Positions 1-12,406 of a stretch of DNA of 29,683 nt are shown in pieces (position 1 is the stretch's first letter; every line of letters starts with the position of its first letter). Position numbers and translations under genes: made by a program. A model generated the notes under the pieces. That model was not told the origin of the DNA, searched no databases, and was given only the letters and a program-made list of their open reading frames with translations. The stretch lies in the IMG/VR virus record IMGVR_UViG_3300001484_000215, one strand, 5' to 3'. The stretch is from a virus.

Positions 1-357
1 CGGCGCGCAGACACCCGCATTTGCAAAACAAAAAGTGGTTTAAAATTTTTTTGATTAGATTTTTATATATTTCTTTTTTTGGTCAGAAATGAATAAGTAG
101 CTTTTAAAATTTTTAATATATAATTGTAAAAACAAAAAATCATTTGAATGGGGGAATTGTCTTTGATAGCATTACTTTAGAATTATTCTTTATAGGATAT
201 ATTTATATGTATTATTTTTATAGCTTTAGCAGTAAAAAGTCTAATTTCTTTTCTTGATTGGGCTTATGATTATATAAGAAAAATTTTTAACTTTAAACAT
301 TATAAAATTAATGAAAAAGAAGAATTACATCGTCGCCTTCAAAAAGGAAGCGAGGTA

Positions 358-642
358 ATGTCAACATTAGAAAAAAATCAAAAAGCTACAGATGAAGTAT
401 TGGATAAATTATCTACAAAAATAGATATGCTTATAGATTCTGATAAAGATGCAATAAAATCTTTTATAACAGAAAAACATCATTATTATTGTTATAAGGT
501 GGGCTATATTGATGATTTTAGTCTGGATTGTATTGAAAAAAGATTCAAACATTATTCAGATTAGGGCGGCAATTCTTTTATAGAAAATTTTATGAAAGAA
601 TTGAGAGCATTACCAATTCGTTAGCCTACATAGAGATAGTAA
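358..642 (+). CDS. Hypothetical small protein (~94 aa). It reads through TAG codons at 562, 622, 631 and 637 to a TAA stop at 640-642. An upstream in-frame extension from ATG 148 would add one transmembrane helix (possible holin-like protein).
   Basis: ATG 358 is preceded by AAGGAAG/GAGG. The listed ORF 358..564 ends at TAG, and the frame continues to TAA at 640-642. An upstream in-frame ATG at 148 adds the hydrophobic segment DIFICIIFIALAVKSLISFLDW. Confidence 0.45.
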
Positions 643-668
643 TAAAATAAAAAAGGAGATAAAAGGAT

Positions 669-3536
669 ATGGCAATTATTTCTAATTTATACCCGCCCAT
701 AGTTAATGACACCGTTCCTAGTTTTGTAAGAACAACAGTATGTAGAATTTACCTTGCTCTTTCTAATTATAATTCAGAAGAAGATATAAAAAATATTCAG
801 GTTTCTATAATTAATCAAAGAACAAATACTTCAGCACTTGATCCAAAACAATATCCTTCTGGCATTTTAGTTTGTTATGGTTTACCAAAAGACTTAGATA
901 AAGAAGGGGAATATAAATATTATGTAGAAATTCCAAGTTCAGCTTTAATAACTAAAGTATTTGGGCTTAACCAATTTTATAAAGTTCAATTGCGTTTTAC
1001 TTCAAGAGGTGCTTCAAATTTACCAATTGGAAATAATGGTTATGCTAGTCCATCTGCTGAATGGATATATAATAATAGAGCTTATTTTTCGGAATGGTCG
1101 AAAGTTTGTTTAATAAAAGGGATTGAAAGACCACAAATTACAATTCATGGTTTAGATGATTTAGCATAGGATGAAAATAATCAAGAGGCGGTATTAACAA
1201 CTGAAATTGTTGATATTATTGGTAGAATGTATTATGAAAATAATACTTAGGAAAAAGAATATTTAAAAAGTTATAATATTAAAATTTATTAGACTCAAGA
1301 TTTAACAAATGTTGTTTTTGATAGTGAAGATATTTATACAAATCCCTATAATCCAAATGAAATTAATTATGAATTACCATATGAATTTATAGATGGTGTA
1401 GATTATACACTTATTTTAAATTATACAACAAATAATTTATATACAGATTCAAAAAAATATCGTTTTGTAATTATCCTAAGAGGATTGGAAGAATTAGATA
1501 AGACTATTTTAACAAATGTTGCAGATGATGAAAATGGAAGAATTATTGTTAATGTACGATCAGCAGAAACATTTATAGGAAATTTAACTTTTAGAAGAAC
1601 CTCTTCTAAATCAAATTTTCATAAATGGGAAGATGTAAAAACTGTTGCTATATATACAGAAGCAGATTAGGATTTAAATTATACTTTTTATGATACCACA
1701 ATAGAAAGCGGTGTTTGGTATAAATATGGGGTCCAACGTCGAAATGGAAAGGGAGACCGCGGAGTTATTTTAAAAGCTGAAAATGCAGTTATGTGTCTAT
1801 TAGAAGATATGTATTTAACAAAAAAAGACTGCCAATTAAAAATTCAATTAAATCCATCTTTGAATGAATTTAAATATAATGTAACCGAATCTCAGCAAGT
1901 AACTATTGGTTCTCAATTTCCATATGTAAAAAGAAATGGTAATAATTACTTTAGAACTTTTCCAATTGGCGGTTTAATTAGTTCTTTTATTGATACAACA
2001 GAATGGTATCATCCTCATTTTGAAGAAAAATTCTTTGATCCAAAACAAACATATACGTAGGAAGATAGACCAAAATTTTCTCAAGAAGATTTTAAAAATT
2101 AGAAAAATGAAATTAAAGCATTTTCTTCAAAAAATGAAATATTGTATAAAGATTCTTAGGATATATAGCAATTATATACTGATTATAATAATACACATAA
2201 TATAAATTCATATAATGATTATATTTATGAAAGAGAATTTCGTGAAAAAGTTTATGAATTTTTATATAAACATGATGTTAAACTTTTCCGATCAACAACA
2301 GAAGGAAATATATTAGTTAAATTAATGAATATAGATTTCCACCCTATTGAAAGTCTTGGTCGTATGTTATATTCATTTACCGCAACTGCCGTAGAAGTTG
2401 ATGAAGCTAATCTTAAAAATTACGAGAAATACGGCATTCAAGAAATTGGAACATATGAAACACAATTTATATATGAACATTTAATATTTGGACAGATTAG
2501 AAATACATTTACAATTTCTGATAAACCATATAATATTGTAAAGAGTGTTATTGAAAAGAAATATAAGAATAAGGCTCGAAAAGGTTATATTAATACAGTT
2601 AAACATTTATAGTGGTTACGATTAGAAATTACTTCTGATCCATATGTAATCATTGAATCTAGCGGCGGACCAAAAAAAGCAGATGAATATGATGATATTA
2701 TAAATGGAGCATCTACTTTTGGCTATATTATTAAAATTAATGAAAAACCAATTGTAATTCATCCAAGAATTATAAGAAGAACTAGTGATGCAATTCAGAC
2801 AGTTAAATATAAAGAGAATAATGAATAGAATCCAGTAACTACAATGTATATAGGATATTTTGAATTAAAAGAACCTAATACACAAATTTATTCTTTGGAA
2901 TTTATGGACCAGACAACTGCAACAGTTGATTATATAGCTTGTTTACAATAGGCAGAAGATGTTAAAATTTTACCAAACAGATATATTTATTCACAAGTTC
3001 AAGGGCAAATTTTTGGAACTTTTCAATCAGGAGTAGATAATTCTATATATAGAAAAATTGGAAATAAATATAGATGTTATTATGATAAATTCTTTTATAA
3101 AGAATTGATAGGTGTTATTGAATTAAAAATAGAAAGTGAACCAGGTGCGGTTATTTATATTACAGATTCAAAAGATATGGAACCTGGTTCTTTACAATAT
3201 CATCCAAATAGACATGTTATTTAGAATGGTTATTTACAATTAAAAGATGATGAAGTTTTTTTTAAAGGTACTTATTTTTATGGTATGCATTTGATTGAAA
3301 ATAAAGATTCTTCTTCTTTTATTAGAAAAAATGAATTTGTAAATATTAATGAATCTGCGGCAAGCGTGGATGAAATATCCAATCCAGTTAAAAATGGAGT
3401 TTATATTATTAATAATCAAAAGAAAATTTATTATAATAATAATTGGTATGATTTTGATGACGTCAATAATGATGTAAAATGTCCTGTAGACGGTAGCGTT
3501 AATTATTATTGTGAAGTAGTGAAAGGAGTGTATTAA
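669..3536 (+). CDS. Large phage structural (tail/baseplate-type) protein, ~955 aa, containing ~12 in-frame TAG sense codons.
   Basis: RBS AAAAGGAGATAAAAGG upstream of ATG 669. Six-frame ORFs 669..1169, 1485..1670, 1791..2060, 2325..2612 and 3285..3536 are all in the same frame. Every interrupting stop is TAG. The first TAA or TGA in frame is TAA at 3534-3536. Confidence 0.8.
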
Positions 3537-3537
3537 T

Positions 3538-5550
3538 ATGACACACAACTTTCCATATTTAAAAGATAGTAATTTTCTAAAATATTTTGATGAACAAAAA
3601 ATAAAATAGCAATTTGTTAAAATTATAGTATTAACTTTTAATGAAATGCCAATAACGGAAATACAAGGAAAAGTAATTAGTGGAAATATTACTTTAGATG
3701 GCTCTTCTTCTATGCGAAGAACTTGTAATATAAATTTAGTAGCAGATGATTATGAGAATGATTTAACTGATACTAAACATTTATTATCAATTAATAAAAA
3801 AGTTGAAATATTAATTGGTTTTATTAATACAACAGAACAATATACAGATTTTCCAATACTATGGTTCCCGCAAGGTGTATTTGTAATTACCGCACCAAAT
3901 ATTTCTCATGGAACTAATGGAATAAATATATCTTTAACTTTACATGATAAAATGGCATTATTAAATGGAGAATGCGGCGGGACTCTTCCCGCCTCCATTG
4001 TATTTCATTAGGTTGAAGATATTGATGAAAATGGTAATATTACTATAAAACAACCTACTATTTATCAAATAATTCAAGAATTAGTTAATCATTTTGGTGG
4101 TTAGCAATTAGGAAAAATTATTATTAGTGATGTTGATGATAAAATAAAACGAGTTATGAGATGGACTGGTTCTACACCTCTTTATTTATATCAAACTATA
4201 GTTAATAATCAACCGCTGAATCATTTTAGTATAAATATTGAAGATAATAAAAAAGCAGTAAACACATTTGAATATGGGGAAGATGTAGGTTATATTTTAA
4301 CAGATTTTACTTATCCTGGTGAATTAGTAAGTAACGCAGGAGATACTGTTGTAACAATATTAGATCAAATAAAAAATGTTTTAGGTAATTATGAATATTT
4401 TTATGATATTGATGGAAATTTTAGATTTCAAGAAATAAAAAATTATTTAAATAAATCCTATTCTACATTTTTAATTAATGAAATAAATGGAGATAATTAT
4501 TTAGTTGATTATACAAGCGGTAAATCGGTATATACTTTTACTGATGCAAATATAATTACCGCATACACAAATTCTCCGCAATACCAACAAATTAAAAATG
4601 ATTTTGTTGTTTGGGGAAAAAAGCAAACAATAGAAGGAAAATAGGTTCCTATTAGATATCATTTAGCTATTGATAAAAAACCAGCAGTTGGTAATAAATA
4701 TGAAGTATTTTTCTTTATAGACCCAGATGATGGTATAACAAAAGCTAAAAAACCCTTATCTTTTAAAAATAAACAAAGCTTTCCTGAAATGGGATAGGTA
4801 GGAATCTATTATATGGCAAAAAATTCTGGAACTATATATAAATGGATTCCTTAGAATAAAGAATATGAAGCAACATCATATAAAATTCAAACAGTAACCA
4901 CAAAAGACTATAGAACTGAATTATATTTGGCTGGTGTCGCTAATGAGCCATTTGGATTAGATAGTAATTATTATTATACTGAATTAAAAAATGAATGGAC
5001 TAAATTATATGATATAAAAAATACAAAATTTTATAATGAAGTTGAAAGTTAGCCAAGTAATATAGATTTCTTTTTAGATTTAATTGATACTACATCCGCC
5101 TTATAGGAGTTTAGTGTTAATAATATTGGACGTAGAACTTCTGTAACAGTAGATGATAAAATAAATTGTATCTTTTAGCCTGATATTCCAAATTTAGTTA
5201 TTATATAGGCAGGAACTGAATATACCGATGATATTCGGGCGGAATGTTAGGCACAAACACAAGAATATGTACAGGTAAGAAGTGAACTATATTCTTTATT
5301 AGCTAATGGTGGTTCTATGAGATCAGCATATGAATAGATAAGAAAAGAATTATATCAATATACTAATTATAATTAGCAGGTGTCTTTAACCGCCTTACCA
5401 ATTTATTATCTTGAACCAAATGTAAGAATTACTATTAGAGACATATAGAGTGGTATTTATGGTGATTATATGATAAAATCCATTTCTTTACCATTAGACG
5501 TGAATGGAACAATGTCTATATCTTGTACAAAAGCTTTAGAAAGAATTTAA
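3538..5550 (+). CDS. Phage structural protein, ~670 aa, with ~14 in-frame TAG codons.
   Basis: ATG 3538 lies 1 nt after the previous TAA. RBS AAAGGAG is 9 nt upstream. ORFs 3646..4011 and 4156..4644 share its frame. The frame stays open through TAG only to TAA at 5548-5550. Confidence 0.75.
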
Positions 5551-5570
5551 GAGATAAAAGGAGAGTGTAA

Positions 5571-6248
5571 ATGTATAATATTGGACAATATAGAAAATCT
5601 CAATCAACGAATTATTTGGTCCCATTAGGTAATAATTGGAAACCAAAATAGTATTCTTATAGTCCCCAAGAAATGGATATAACTTTTACAGATGTTAAAT
5701 TTGACATTAATGGGGGAATTGGAAGTAATGACGAACAGGTAGTAAATGAAAATTCTTATTATTTAAATTTTAAAGTTCAAAGACATTTAAATGATGAACA
5801 GCATTTTCGTTTAAAATTAAGACATGAGGATGAAGATGAAACAAAAATAAGAGAACAATATCTTGAAGATTATATTGTTCATAAAGGAAATTCAGATTAT
5901 GCGTATTTTGAAATAGTTTTCACTCCAAATGCTTCTTATGAAACTATTATTTGGGAATTACAAAGAACAACAAGTGATTATACGGATAATCCAAGAACTA
6001 TGACAGTTTAGATTCTTAATTTTTCTCAAATTAACAATATTATACCATAGCTGCCATTACCAGCAAATACCAAATTAACAAAAATAGGTATTCAAGGACC
6101 ACCATCTATGCTTATGTGCATTAATGGAGAACAGATAAGAAATAGTAGAAGCGGAATTTATGAAATTAACAATGATAAAATAAAAATTAAATCTATTGGT
6201 TTCGTTCCAAAAGGAAATGATTATTTTATTATGGATTATGAATATTAA
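5571..6248 (+). CDS. Phage structural protein, ~225 aa, with 3 in-frame TAG codons.
   Basis: RBS AAAAGGAGAG upstream of ATG 5571. It is in frame with ORF 5673..6011. TAG codons sit at 5649, 6009 and ~6048. The stop is TAA at 6246-6248. Confidence 0.7.
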
Positions 6249-6265
6249 TAAGGAGGCAAAAGGAT

Positions 6266-8782
6266 ATGTATTCTTTTTATGGCGGACAGCCTGGATATTC
6301 TTTCATAATTGTTGCAAGTTATGAAAGTGTCAATGACATGGTTACGGCTTTTAAACAAGGACCTGATTATACAACGGTCCATTTTGATGAACATGTTTTA
6401 ATTAATACTGTTAATAAAAATGACCCAGATAATGGAAAAATCTATAGACGTGGTTATGATTTTAATAATGAGGAAACAGGCGGAGCATAGTTTGTTGGTA
6501 CTATTGTTGGACCATCTGGCAACTCCCCTATTTTAAACTTAACTACTATAGATGATGTTTAGAATCAATATCACTCTGAAGGTATTGAGGAAAGATATAA
6601 GCATGGTTTTTATACTGTATCTAATGGCAATTTAGTCCCTGGTAAATATATAAATGGTGATTAGGAAGAAGCATTTAATGATAACATTGAATGGGCGAGT
6701 TACTCTGTTAGAGATGTAAATAATGTAGATACTACAGCATATATAGGATTTAAAATTCCTTATCCTGTTATTGAATTTTCAGCAAAATCAATAAATAATC
6801 CATACGCTACACCAACTACAGAATTAGATCCAGATGCAGTTCAAACTCATCCTTTTTATAAAAAATGGCAAATTGGTATACCAAAAGGAGTTAAAGGGGA
6901 CAGTGTAGGAGAATTAAGAGTTCAAGTAGCTGATGATAGCATTGAATATTATGAAGGTCGCCAAAATGATATTGATGTTGGAAATCAAGTATTAGTATAT
7001 AACCTTCATAATTATAATAACAGTGAAGAAGGGTCTGAACGAAAAATTTATTTAGGACCATACAGAGCAGTAGATAATATTACAATAGAAGACCATGGAA
7101 ATGTTGTAGTACATTATACGCATACTCCAAAAGAAGAAACTTTTGAAAAAGTAATAAAATCAATTGATTCCTTATCATTGGGGCGCGATGGAACTTTAAC
7201 TATAAACTATAATACTGAAGAACATGATATAGTAAGTGGTGAAAAAATAAAATGGATTACAAGTATAGATTCTCAAGATGGAAAAAATCTTAGTATTCAT
7301 TATAATAATGGTGATTCTGAAAATATTACTTTAGACATGGATTATGGTAAAGGTGTTACCATTGATACTTCTTTAACATGGAGAGGCGTCGGAACAGAGT
7401 CATATACTACAGGCATGATAACAGAATCATTAAAAAGTGTTAATAATTTTTTTAAGAAAAGAATTATTATTGAAAATCAATCCTTAAATAGATTTCCTCG
7501 TTTTCAAGTGCGGAGTTCACAGGAGGAAGATGTTTGGCAATACTTTGGTGCATCTCCCGGATATATAACTCAGGAAGGAATATTTAAGCCTTCTACAGTT
7601 TATTGGACCACAGATTTTATACCTATATTTAATGATAGTAAAGAATTAGAAAATATAGATTCAAACACATATGTTTTTACTCCATACGTGTTTTGTTATT
7701 TTAATGAACAAGGTGTTTTAACAGAGAAAATTGTTAATAATATAACAACATATGATATAAATTATAAATTTATTGGTCCAGGTGGCTCAAGTCCTGGTTC
7801 CCATTACATAACAAATCAAGGGGGAAAAATAAAATATATTCGACTTACCTTTACAATGCAAAATAATTATGAATCTGCGTGGGAATTACAAGATAATTTT
7901 AATTTAATGCTTTTGATGAATGGAAAAGTATATAATTCAACACAAGACCTTCCTAATCTTACCACAAATATTAATTATTTTATTGAAAACACAAATATAG
8001 AAAAATCAGTTTTTGGAACAAATTATAAAATTGCGGTATTTGGAGATGGAATTGTAGGAGGAGCCTATAATGATAATAAAAGTTATGTAACAATGGCTTG
8101 TGAATAGTTAGGAATTACTTATGATTTACATTTCTTTGGCGGAAAATGTATTGCTGATGGTATAAGTACAGAAGATGTAACATATGGTGAAGGAGATGAT
8201 GAAGAAATAAAAACAGAAACAGTTCATACTCCTGGAATAGCTAGTTTAATATCTTCTCAATATTTAACTTAGTTACAAAACGGCAATTATGATTTAATTT
8301 ATATTGCCACATCTTCAAATGACTGGTATAATACTGGACGCCCTGGCATACAAGATACTTACGCTCTTGGAACAATATCTGATGGCGCACTTGGTGAAGA
8401 TAGCTATAACACCTTTTATGGAGCTATGCATAAAATATGTCAAACATTAAAATATGTTCAAACTCCAGTTGTTATTGCAACACCATTAAAGAAATGGATA
8501 GAAAAATCCGGTTCTTATGCAAACATTGATGGTAAATTAAATTATCAAAGTCAACCTCTTTCTTTATGGAGAGATGCAGTAATATAGGTTTGTGAATATC
8601 ATGGATTCCCAGTTTTTGATTTATATAAAGAATCTTTCTTTACTCCTTGGATTTTATATGATAGAACACATTATACCGTGGCGGTTAATGAAAAATTTGG
8701 AACCCATCCGAATAATGCTGGACATACAAAAATTGCGAGACGCTTTAAAGGTATTCTTAGAGAATATTTGCCATTTGTATAA
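6266..8782 (+). CDS. Tail fibre / receptor-binding protein with a C-terminal SGNH/GDSL-type hydrolase (esterase) domain, ~838 aa.
   Basis: RBS AAGGAGG upstream of ATG 6266. It is in frame with ORF 7178..8107 and continues through TAG codons (6488, 6560, 8105, ~8270, ~8585) to TAA at 8780-8782. The C-terminal region carries SGNH-like blocks: IYIATSSNDWYN and FGTHPNNAGHTKIA (block V, GxHPNxxGH). Confidence 0.8.
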
Positions 8783-8809
8783 TTTTTTAAAATAGAAAGG
8801 AAAACAATT

Positions 8810-9160
8810 ATGGCAAATTATAATGGATTTTTTGGAAATATTCAAGGGCCATTTAATGAAAATACGGAAATTTTAACTTTAATTCAAGAGCAATGCAAAC
8901 AACGAATAAAATACATTTCTAAATTAGGAATCGTATATACTGGAGATATAAATTTAGAAGTTAATAGAGAGGATTTTCCTAAAATTATTGCTGTAATAAA
9001 CAATATTTAGTTTAGAATTGGTAAAACAAAAATGTTAGAACTAGAAGATGTTCATGTCACTTCCATAAAATTAAAAACAGAAGGCTTAGAAGAAAATGGA
9101 ATAAACTTTCAAGATATTAGTCAATATATTTATATAGATTATCAATATGTTGCTATATAA
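8810..9160 (+). CDS. Hypothetical small protein, ~116 aa, with one in-frame TAG.
   Basis: RBS GAAAGGAAAA upstream of ATG 8810. ORF 8810..9010 ends at TAG, and the frame continues to TAA at 9158-9160. Confidence 0.55.
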
Positions 9161-9173
9161 TAATAGATAAAAT

Positions 9174-9226
9174 AAAAAAATGGGATAGATATATAATAAA
9201 AAATATATCTATCCCATTTTTTTATT
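9174..9226. terminator. Bidirectional rho-independent terminator between convergent gene blocks.
   Basis: Perfect inverted repeat TGGGATAGATATAT / ATATATCTATCCCA around an AATAAAAA loop. It is flanked by an A-run on one side and a T-run on the other. Confidence 0.7.
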
Positions 9227-9234
9227 TTAATTAA

Positions 9235-10200
9235 TTATTTATTTCCAATTAATACAAATGTACTATAAATAGCATCTCCAGCTACTAACGAATAAGGATT
9301 TAATCCTGCTTCAATTTTTAAAATACGTCCTGAGTTTGCAGCAGAATCTTCTGGACGAATTGCAAGAACAACACTTTTTGTAGTAGTAGGACCATTTTCA
9401 TTAAAAGAGATAATGGTAGCTGGTACATACACACGAGTTGCGGCTAATGGTAAATTTGTAATAATATTACGATCAACTGACGCTGAAATTGCAGCTGATA
9501 CTTTAACAGCAAAAGTAATCATAAATACATGGTCAATAATCTATCTAATGTAACAGACACTTTCAGATGAAGAAAAACTTCCTCCAAAAATTGGCGTCCA
9601 AAGTGAAGAACCGCCCTCTGCTACATATCCTTTAGGTGTTATAGCAGCATAGTAAGTAGAACTAAGAGTATTGGTAGCCGAAGATGCTGCGGCATAGGCG
9701 TTAATAACTGCATCAGTACTTGCAGCATATGGCCCAGCTCCTGTAGGAGCAGTTATATAATTATCAACTATTTTCACATGACCATAGGCTGCACTTGTAG
9801 CTACTCCATAAGTAGTTTCTGAAGTTGCATGATTATTAGGAGCTTTATTTGTATTTAACGCACTATAAGCATTTACAACCGCTTGAGTGCTTGCAGCAAA
9901 AGGACCAGTAGCCTAAGGAACCGTCATATAATTATCAACAATTTTTACATGACCATAGGCTCCACTTGTAGCCACTCCATAAGTTGTATTTGCAGAGGCA
10001 TGATTTGTCGGAGCTTTTCCGCCAATTGCGGTATCCATTGTTGAAATCTTTGTACTTAAATTAGTAGAATTTCCCATATCAACATTTTCAGCCAATACTC
10101 CAATTGGATACTCTTCTGAATATGTTCCATCAGTTTGTTTTATACGAACTTTTGTTATATTACTCATATTTTCTATTTCCTTTCTATAACATTGACTCAA
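9235..10200 (-). CDS. Tail-fibre-like protein, ~321 aa, with an internal tandem repeat (TTYGVATSxxYGHVKIVDNY) that resembles a phage tail fibre repeat.
   Basis: Minus-strand ORFs 9913..10200, 9541..9777 and 9235..9522 share one frame. They are separated only by CTA (TAG) at 9913-9915 and 9541-9543. The stop is TAA at 9235-9237. RBS AGGAAATAGAAAAT. The DNA-level direct repeat spans ~9726-9860 and ~9906-10040. Confidence 0.75.
9726..10040. repeat. Two ~135-bp direct repeats (~85% identical) inside the tail-fibre-like gene.
   Basis: 9726-9860 and 9906-10040 share GACCATAGGCTGCACTTGTAGC(T/C)ACTCCATAAGT... They encode the repeated peptide TTYGVATS..YGHVKIVDNY. Confidence 0.7.
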
Positions 10201-10210
10201 TAATATTTAA

Positions 10211-10247
10211 AAATAAAAAGGGACTATTATATATAATAGTCCCTTTA
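10211..10247 (-). terminator. Rho-independent terminator hairpin after the metallopeptidase gene.
   Basis: Palindrome AAGGGACTATTATATATAATAGTCCCTT, followed on the minus strand by a T-run. Confidence 0.6.
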
Positions 10248-10257
10248 TCATTTAAAT

Positions 10258-10566
10258 ATTACCTAATTTTATAAAGATTTTATTTGTTATATAAATAATT
10301 TCTTCTCCATATGTAGAAATTAAATCAGCAATTAATTCCTACTGTTCAAGAGAAAGATTAACATTATACGAAAACATGGCGGCATGTGTAATTTCATGAC
10401 AAAGCACCTTTTTTAATAATTCTCCATATAATTGATTACTTAAATAAATAGTTCTTGTTAAATTATCACAGGCGCCAATAGAATAATCACCATTTAACCT
10501 TTGCAATAAAGGGAAGTCTGGTGAAACAAAAGCTATTTTCCAATATACATTATTAATTAAAAACAT
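10258..10566 (-). CDS. Small zinc metallopeptidase-like protein (HExxH motif; ImmA/IrrE-type or minimal M78-like), ~102 aa.
   Basis: ORF 10339..10566 ends at CTA (TAG) and continues to TAA at 10258-10260. It carries the motif VLCHEITHAAMF. Its start is 2 nt after the upstream gene's TAA stop (no overlap); there is no SD upstream. Confidence 0.6.
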
Positions 10567-10568
10567 AA

Positions 10569-11138
10569 TTATGCTATTTTATTAGCTAAAGCAGTCATTT
10601 TCTGTCGAAGAGTAGTTCTCTCTTCTGGTGAAGCATCTTTTATCATTTCAGTAATATCACTTGATAATTCTTGTAAATAAGCTTCTAACTCACGAAGTTG
10701 AGAATTGGAATCTTTATGCATTTCTTTTCCTTCCATGTACATTCGACGACGTATTGGGCTTCTTCCCTCTCTAGGATCTCTTCCCATAATATTTGGCATT
10801 TCTGTATAATAATTCATATTACCAGTATTCATACCAGAACCACCCGCAGTATAATACATATATCCATTAGATTTTTCTATCTCTCTATATGGATCATAAT
10901 ACTGCATTCTGCTATAATTAGGAGTAGTATAATAATTTATATTAGTTTCACTCTTATTATCATTACTTTTTTCCATAGAATCTGTAATGGTGCGATAATA
11001 AATAGCTTCTGCTAAATCCTTAATCATATCAACAGCTTCTCCAAGCTCATGCGCATCAGCTTTAGAAATATCTCCTAACTGATTTTGTACACAACTTGTA
11101 AGTTGGTCTTCCATTATTTTTAAAGTTTCTACACTCAT
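10569..11138 (-). CDS. Hypothetical protein (~189 aa) with a coiled-coil C-terminus; no TAG codons.
   Basis: ORF 10569..11168. The preferred start is the internal ATG at 11136-11138, which is preceded by AAGGAGGAAAATAAA. The stop is TAA. Confidence 0.6.
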   Translation of the reverse strand: MSVETLKIMEDQLTSCVQNQLGDISKADAHELGEAVDMIKDLAEAIYYRTITDSMEKSNDNKSETNINYYTTPNYSRMQYYDPYREIEKSNGYMYYTAGGSGMNTGNMNYYTEMPNIMGRDPREGRSPIRRRMYMEGKEMHKDSNSQLRELEAYLQELSSDITEMIKDASPEERTTLRQKMTALANKIA

Positions 11139-11151
11139 TTTATTTTCCTCC

Positions 11152-11586
11152 TTAGGCAGTTCTTTCAATCACTAAATTAGCGTTTTGAACATCTACATCA
11201 GTAGTTCCGATGTTTTCAACTGCTACTGTATAACAACAACCACGAGGAAGGTCAATAAAGACTGAAGCGTAAACATTCCAAAACTACTCTGCGGCAGCTG
11301 GTGTAACAATTACAGAACTTGTTGGAATAGGCTCTCCATCAATAGCTAATGCAAGGGAGAGCGGCGTTGAAGCCGCTCCTCCTTCAGGAATCGCAATGTT
11401 TGCGCCGAATGACACTTTATATCTAGCGAATCCGCTACAGTTATTGACTTGGCCTCTTAAAGTGATAATTCCAGATCCTTCTCTATGAATAATTCCTTGA
11501 CGGCATCCTGGAATTGGAACATCAGTGAACAAAACATTCTGTCCAACCGCTACAGTTTGGACTGCATTTGCTGTATATTCTGCCAT
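11152..11586 (-). CDS. BclA-C-terminal / C1q-TNF-like jelly-roll domain protein, ~144 aa.
   Basis: ORF 11284..11637 with the start moved to the ATG at 11584-11586 (RBS AAAGGGGG). It reads through one TAG (11284-11286) to TAA at 11152-11154. The C-terminus ...QNANLVIERTA and the overall pattern resemble the BclA C-terminal domain (…SASIIIEKVA). Confidence 0.55.
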
Positions 11587-11603
11587 GTCATTACCCCCTT
11601 TTA

Positions 11604-12362
11604 TTATGCTGCACATCCACCATAATTCCAGCCGCAATTACATCCAACTGGATTTGGAACAACATAAGCAGGGATAGGAGCAGGATTTAATGCTCTAAGT
11701 AAAGCAGTTGTTTGTGCGGCATTGTCATTTAAAATTTGACCAGTCTGTGCATTCTGAGATGCCGCAAGACTTGCTAAATAACTTTGCATTTGAAGCTGTT
11801 GATTTTGAGCTTTAAGAGCATCAATTTCCTGTTGACATAATTTATCAAGTATTGCTTGTGTATTTGCAGTATTAGAAGCAATTACATCTCTAAGAGCATC
11901 AGTAACTGCTGTTCTATCTGCACATGCTTCAGTAGCGACAGTATATTTTAAGTCAGCTAATCCAGCTCTATTTTCACAGCAACAATTTTGCTGATTCATT
12001 GCAATTGTATTTAACTGTGTAGAAAGATTAGCTTGATTATTGTTTAATGTTTGAAGAATATTGGCTTGAGAATTGCAACGAGAAATTTCTGCACCAGAGA
12101 AACCATTACTTATTGCAGTAGTAATTCCACTAAGTCCATTAATTAATGCGCTTTGATCGAAACCACGCTGAATATCTGCATTAACAGCATTGGTTCCGCC
12201 ATTGCCATAACCATATCCATTTCCCCATCCACCCATTAAAATTAAAATGAACAGAAGAAATACCCATGCTCCATCGCCGGTAAAACCGCCGAAACCACCA
12301 TTATTATTTCCATTAGTTGCCGCAGCGATATCTGCTAAAGAATAACCATTATTATTAAACAT
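11604..12362 (-). CDS. Cys-rich, Gly/Asn-rich single-pass membrane protein, ~252 aa; no TAG codons.
   Basis: RBS AGGAGAATG. Transmembrane segment AWVFLLFILILMGGWG. Cys clusters NCCCEN and GCNCGWNYGGCAA. The stop is TAA. Confidence 0.65.
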   Translation of the reverse strand: MFNNNGYSLADIAAATNGNNNGGFGGFTGDGAWVFLLFILILMGGWGNGYGYGNGGTNAVNADIQRGFDQSALINGLSGITTAISNGFSGAEISRCNSQANILQTLNNNQANLSTQLNTIAMNQQNCCCENRAGLADLKYTVATEACADRTAVTDALRDVIASNTANTQAILDKLCQQEIDALKAQNQQLQMQSYLASLAASQNAQTGQILNDNAAQTTALLRALNPAPIPAYVVPNPVGCNCGWNYGGCAA

Positions 12363-12406
12363 TACACATTCTCCTCTTACTTTCCAAAAAGACGATTTTT
12401 TAAAGT

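Noticed and set aside
3240-3548. Minus-strand ORF (102 aa, Ile/Phe-rich) inside the 669..3536 gene.
   Set aside because: It is antisense to a long, TAG-bridged coding frame. Its low-complexity composition is typical of spurious ORFs in AT-rich DNA.
10698-11015. Plus-strand ORF antisense to the 10569..11138 gene.
   Set aside because: It overlaps a better-supported minus-strand gene that has a strong RBS. Its composition is low-complexity.
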